Shown: in pieces, positions 60,081-64,000 of the stretch
Numbering within the stretch: the stretch's first letter is position 1
Layout: each line of letters begins with the position of its first letter
Assembly (NCBI GenBank): GCA_046731735.1
Contig: JBKPLP010000168.1
Span: 389-64,388 of the forward strand
From: Acidobacteriota bacterium
Lineage (GTDB): Bacteria; Acidobacteriota; Vicinamibacteria; Vicinamibacterales; 2-12-FULL-66-21
Reading direction: 5' to 3'
Length of the DNA: 64,000 nucleotides
Program-made: the position numbers and the translations under genes
The notes under the pieces: model-generated
What the model saw: the letters and a program-made list of their open reading frames with translations, nothing else
The model's database searches: none
What the model was told of the DNA's origin: nothing

Positions 60081-63000
60081 GTACTACCAGTTCCGATCGC
60101 ACGCGGAACGCGTTTCTCGTACGGCGGACGCTGCGGCGCCTTCGGCATCTTCGCCGCGCGATCGATCACTTCCTTGATGGCGCGCGCGAGCTGCGGATCC
60201 TTGCCCGCGGCCAGCTGGGACGGATCGTCGTCAACCGGAATATCCGGCTCGACCCCGTGGCCTTCCGCGAACCACTGCCCCTTCGGGTCATACATGCGGA
60301 AGGTCGGCACCGTCACGCCGCCGCCGTCGGCGAGCGCCGGTGCGCCGCTGACCCCGATCAGTCCGCCCCAGGTGCGGGTGCCGATAAGCGGGCCGAGGCC
60401 CGCTTCGCGGAAGTACGCAGGGAACGCATCGCCGCCCGAGCCGCTCCAGCCGTTGATCAACATCACTTGCGGGCCGCGATGCGCCACCGGGGGCCACTGC
60501 TGGCTGCCGCCGTCGCGCACCGCCCAGTAGGCCAGGATTGGGCGGTTCAGCAGCTCGATGAAGCGATCCGGAATCTGGCCGCCGCTGTTCCACCGCTCGT
60601 CGATGATCAACCCATCCTTCTTCCACTGCGCCATGAACTGGCGCATCAGTTCGTTCTGCGCGTCGACGCCGGTGCTCTGCACGTAGATGTAGCCGATTCT
60701 TCCGTTCGTCGCCTTGTCGACGATCTGGCGGCGCTCCTCGATCCAGGCGCGGAAGCGCAGCTCGGTCTCGCTCGGCAGGCATTTCACCACCACCTGTCGC
60801 GCGCCACTGGCGGCCGGCGAGCCGTTTACCGTCAGCACGACCGTCTTGTCGCCGAGCCCCTGGAATGCCGCCCAGGGATCGCGCTTCGCGTCGATCGCCA
60901 CGCCGTTCACCGCCAGGACGTACTCGCCCTCCTTGACATTCACCCCCGGCTCGTCGAGCGGCGAACGCACCGACGCATCCCACGCGCCGCCGCGGACGAT
61001 GCGCTTGACGCGATAGGCGCCATTGGCCAGCTCCCAGTCGACGCCGAGCAGGCCGACGTTGCGCTGCGGGGCTAGTTCCATGTCGCCGCCGCCGTGATAC
61101 GTATGCGAGGCGTTCAATTCTCCGATGAATTCCCCGATCAGGAAGTCGACGTCCCAGCGCGTGACCGCATCCTCGAGCAGCTTGCCGTAGCGCTGGCGCA
61201 AACCGGGCCAATCGACGCCGTGCATGCCGGGGTCATAGAAGAAGTCGCGCTCGAAGCGGAATACATCCGCGAACATCTGGCGCCATTCGGCGCGCGGATC
61301 CACGGCCGCTTCCATGTCGGACGTCACCATCGGCTTCTCGAACTTCTGCTGCGGCTTGATCTCGACGATCGCGAACTTCTTCTTGCTCGTCACCAGCATC
61401 TTCTTGCCATCCGCCGTGACTTCGAACCCGTCCGCCTCGTCGAGCACGACCTTCTCTTCGCGCTCGGCGAATTCGAAATAGGCAATGGCGTTCTTCTGCT
61501 CGCCGGAGCCGGTGCGTGGCACACGCCGGTAGAGCAGCTTGCCCTTGACCGCCTGCAGATCGGCGTAGTTGCCCGCCTTGGGCGGCAGCACGATCGCACG
61601 CGCTTCGAAATCGTCGACGTCGATCTCCACGTTCTCGGGCTTCTTTTCGTCCGCCTTCTTTTCGTCCGGTTTCTTGTCGTCGGCCTTTTTGTCGTCGCTC
61701 TTCGCGGCGTCTGCCGGCTTCGTCTCGTCCGCTTTCTTCTCTTCCGGCTTCTTGGGCTCGTCTTTTTTCGAAGTATCCAGCGCCGGGTTCTCGTCGTCGT
61801 TCCGCGCCGCGAGCGGAGACTTCACATCGCGCCGCAACGGCACCGCCACGATCTTCGTGGGATTGGGATAGGTCCACGAGTTGTCGAAACTGCCGTATAC
61901 CGGCTCGAACTCGCGGTCCGACGCGTAGAACAGGTACTTACCGTCGGGATCGAATGTCGGCTGCGAGTCGCTGAGGTACCCGGTCGTCGCCTGGTGCAGC
62001 TTCGCGTTCTTCGTGTCGTAGAGGAACACCGCCGAGTTGGCGTTCGTCGTCGGCCGCGCGTAGGTCAGCCAACGCGAATCGGGCGACCATTGCATCCGGA
62101 AGTTCTCCAGCCCCGGATGCGAAATCCACTCAGGACTCTGATCGATGACGTCGGTCACCTTGTTCGCATCGAGGTCGTAGACCCGGATGCGCATCGCCTG
62201 ATCGATGAATGCGATCTTCTTGCTGTTGGGCGACCATTGCGGCGCATACCGGAAGCCTGCGCCCAACGTCGTCACCTTCCGCTCGGCCGCCGATCCGTCG
62301 GCGGGACGGAGAGTCAGCTCGTACTCGCCGCTGCGATCGCTCCAGTACGCCACCGTCTTGCCGTCAGGCGACCACCGCGGGTAACGCTCCGCTACACCGG
62401 AGGAGCGGGTCACGTTGACGATGGCGCCGAACTCCGCCGGCACCGTGAATACGTCGCCACGCGCCTCGAACGCCGCGCGCTTGCCGGTCGGCGACACCGA
62501 GGCGTACTGAATCAGCGACTCGACCTTCGCCGTCTTCGGCCGCAGCGTCGTTTCGTCGGTGACGACATGAACCGCCACCTCCGTCGGCTTCTCCGTGGCG
62601 AGGTCCAGCAGGTAGAGCCGGCCGCCGCACTGAAAGACGATCGAGTCGGGGCCGATCGAGGGGAAGGTGATGTCGAAGTCGTTGAGCTGGGTCACCTGCC
62701 GCGCCGCGCTGCGCGCCACGTCGTAGGCCCAGATGTTGTTCCGCTCGTTGCTGCCGCGATCGGAGATGAAGTAGATCGTCTTGTCGTGCCACATCGGCTG
62801 CGCGTCGTTCGCCGGGTTCGCCGTGATGTTCTTCGTTTCGAGCGTCTTGAGATCGAAGAGCAGCAGGTCCGGCGCCCAACCGCCGCGATAGCGTTTCCAG
62901 TTGCGGAAATCCTGCGACATCGGCATGTAGACGAACTGTCGGCCGTCGGGCGAGTACGCGCCGAATTCGCCGTACGGCACCGGCAGCTTCTCCGGGAGTC

Positions 63001-63448
63001 CGCCGTCGAGTCCGATGGTGAAGAACTGGCTGTAGCGCTGCCGGCCGCTCTCGCGTCCGGACGCGAACAGCACCCGCTTGCCGTCGGGCGTCCAGCCGAT
63101 GACGCGATCGCTCATCGGATGGTGCGTCAGCCGAACCGGCTCACCGCCGCTGGACGGCGCCACGTACACGTCGACGTTGCCGTCGTAGGACGCGCTGTAG
63201 GCGATTTTGGTCCCGTCGGGCGAGAAGCGCGGAAACGACTCTTCGCCGGCAGACGACGTGAGGCGGACGGCGGTGCCTCCCTTCTTCGGCACCAGCCAGA
63301 TATCGCCGGCATACACGAAGGCGATCTGGTCCTTGGAAACCGCCGGATAGCGGAACATCCGGGCGTCGATCTGCGCGGACGCGACCGATGATGAAAGCGC
63401 CGCGAACGACACGAACGCCAGCGCACGAATGAGCTTCGAATTCGGCAT
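60074..63448 (-). CDS. Tricorn protease homologue (beta-propellers + PDZ + S41 peptidase domain), secreted, 1124 aa
   Basis: N-terminus [50 protein letters not shown] is typical of tricorn homologues. The C-terminus has an S41-like GSGGDAF segment. Confidence 0.9.
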   Translation of the reverse strand: MPNSKLIRALAFVSFAALSSSVASAQIDARMFRYPAVSKDQIAFVYAGDIWLVPKKGGTAVRLTSSAGEESFPRFSPDGTKIAYSASYDGNVDVYVAPSSGGEPVRLTHHPMSDRVIGWTPDGKRVLFASGRESGRQRYSQFFTIGLDGGLPEKLPVPYGEFGAYSPDGRQFVYMPMSQDFRNWKRYRGGWAPDLLLFDLKTLETKNITANPANDAQPMWHDKTIYFISDRGSNERNNIWAYDVARSAARQVTQLNDFDITFPSIGPDSIVFQCGGRLYLLDLATEKPTEVAVHVVTDETTLRPKTAKVESLIQYASVSPTGKRAAFEARGDVFTVPAEFGAIVNVTRSSGVAERYPRWSPDGKTVAYWSDRSGEYELTLRPADGSAAERKVTTLGAGFRYAPQWSPNSKKIAFIDQAMRIRVYDLDANKVTDVIDQSPEWISHPGLENFRMQWSPDSRWLTYARPTTNANSAVFLYDTKNAKLHQATTGYLSDSQPTFDPDGKYLFYASDREFEPVYGSFDNSWTYPNPTKIVAVPLRRDVKSPLAARNDDENPALDTSKKDEPKKPEEKKADETKPADAAKSDDKKADDKKPDEKKADEKKPENVEIDVDDFEARAIVLPPKAGNYADLQAVKGKLLYRRVPRTGSGEQKNAIAYFEFAEREEKVVLDEADGFEVTADGKKMLVTSKKKFAIVEIKPQQKFEKPMVTSDMEAAVDPRAEWRQMFADVFRFERDFFYDPGMHGVDWPGLRQRYGKLLEDAVTRWDVDFLIGEFIGELNASHTYHGGGDMELAPQRNVGLLGVDWELANGAYRVKRIVRGGAWDASVRSPLDEPGVNVKEGEYVLAVNGVAIDAKRDPWAAFQGLGDKTVVLTVNGSPAASGARQVVVKCLPSETELRFRAWIEERRQIVDKATNGRIGYIYVQSTGVDAQNELMRQFMAQWKKDGLIIDERWNSGGQIPDRFIELLNRPILAYWAVRDGGSQQWPPVAHRGPQVMLINGWSGSGGDAFPAYFREAGLGPLIGTRTWGGLIGVSGAPALADGGGVTVPTFRMYDPKGQWFAEGHGVEPDIPVDDDPSQLAAGKDPQLARAIKEVIDRAAKMPKAPQRPPYEKRVPRAIGTGSTR

Positions 63449-63507
63449 GCAGTAACTCCCCAGCGGATGGGAAAACAGGCATTGTACTCCTATATGATCA
63501 GCGCCCG

Positions 63508-64000
63508 ATGAAGATCGCCGACGTCCGCGCGACGACCGTGACCGTGCCTCTCGAAGCGCCGCTGCGTCATGCGAACGGCTGCCATTGGGGTCGCTTCGTC
63601 AGGACGATTGTCGAAGTCGAAACCGACGATGGACGGGTCGGACTCGGGGAAATGGGCGGCGGCGGCGAGTCTGCGATCGCGACGGTCCTCGCGCTGAAGC
63701 CGGCGCTGATCGGGCGGGATCCGGCGCGCCTCGAGGACATGCGCTTCCTGCTCGCGAACCCCACCGCGTCGCTCTACAACAACCGCACCCAGGTCGTGGC
63801 CGCGCTCGAGTTCGCCTGTCTCGATCTGCTCGGGCAGGCGTGGAGCGTGCCGGTCTGCGACATCCTCGGCGGCCGCGTCCGCGATCGCGTGCCGTTCGCG
63901 TCCTATCTTTTCTTCCGTTACGCCAACGCTGACGGAAAGGGCACCGTGCGCAGCGCCAGCCAGCTGGTCGCGCACGCGCGCGAGCTGAAATCGAAATACG
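63508..64000 (+). CDS. Enolase-superfamily (mandelate racemase/muconate lactonizing, glucarate-dehydratase-like) enzyme, N-terminal part; runs off the window
   Basis: I translated it myself (not in the ORF track because it has no stop): [79 protein letters not shown]. This is the capping-domain pattern. Confidence 0.7.
   Translation, partial: MKIADVRATTVTVPLEAPLRHANGCHWGRFVRTIVEVETDDGRVGLGEMGGGGESAIATVLALKPALIGRDPARLEDMRFLLANPTASLYNNRTQVVAALEFACLDLLGQAWSVPVCDILGGRVRDRVPFASYLFFRYANADGKGTVRSASQLVAHARELKSKY

Overview
Visibly GC-rich bacterial chromosomal segment; I computed no GC value and ran no database search, so all family names come from motif recognition. It most likely belongs to Acidobacteriota. 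The window holds two ADOP-type duplicated FtsX permeases (one with a PadR regulator), two VWFA 'Acidobacterial-type' proteins, and six secreted peptidases or peptidase homologues. About 50 tightly packed CDS are supported. They include peptidases S8 (disrupted?), M16, M28, S9/DPP4, M14 and a tricorn-like S41. Housekeeping and metabolic genes include rpmE, ppc, argG, cystathionine beta-synthase, threonine dehydratase, an aldo/keto reductase and an SDR. Transporters include an alanine:cation symporter, a DctA-type symporter and an EamA transporter. There is also an OprP-like porin plus sbp-cysT-cysW-cysA sulfate cluster, an ECF sigma/anti-sigma pair, and a MrfA/MrfB-like helicase-exonuclease pair. 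I found no rRNA, tRNA, CRISPR array, transposase, integrase or prophage genes. Two things stand out. (1) A candidate cysteine-sensing attenuator lies in front of the porin-sulfate-uptake cluster: a tiny ORF with three consecutive Cys codons (MCCCPGEAPVPVLRLPV) followed by a canonical intrinsic terminator. (2) A window-wide family of 7-8 nt periodic, strand-symmetric repeat arrays and about 80-nt REP-like palindromic units fills almost every long intergenic gap. These supply the last codons of several genes (IPNP-type tails), and one copy sits in frame inside the helicase gene. The many very long ORFs antisense to real genes are treated as GC-rich artefacts.
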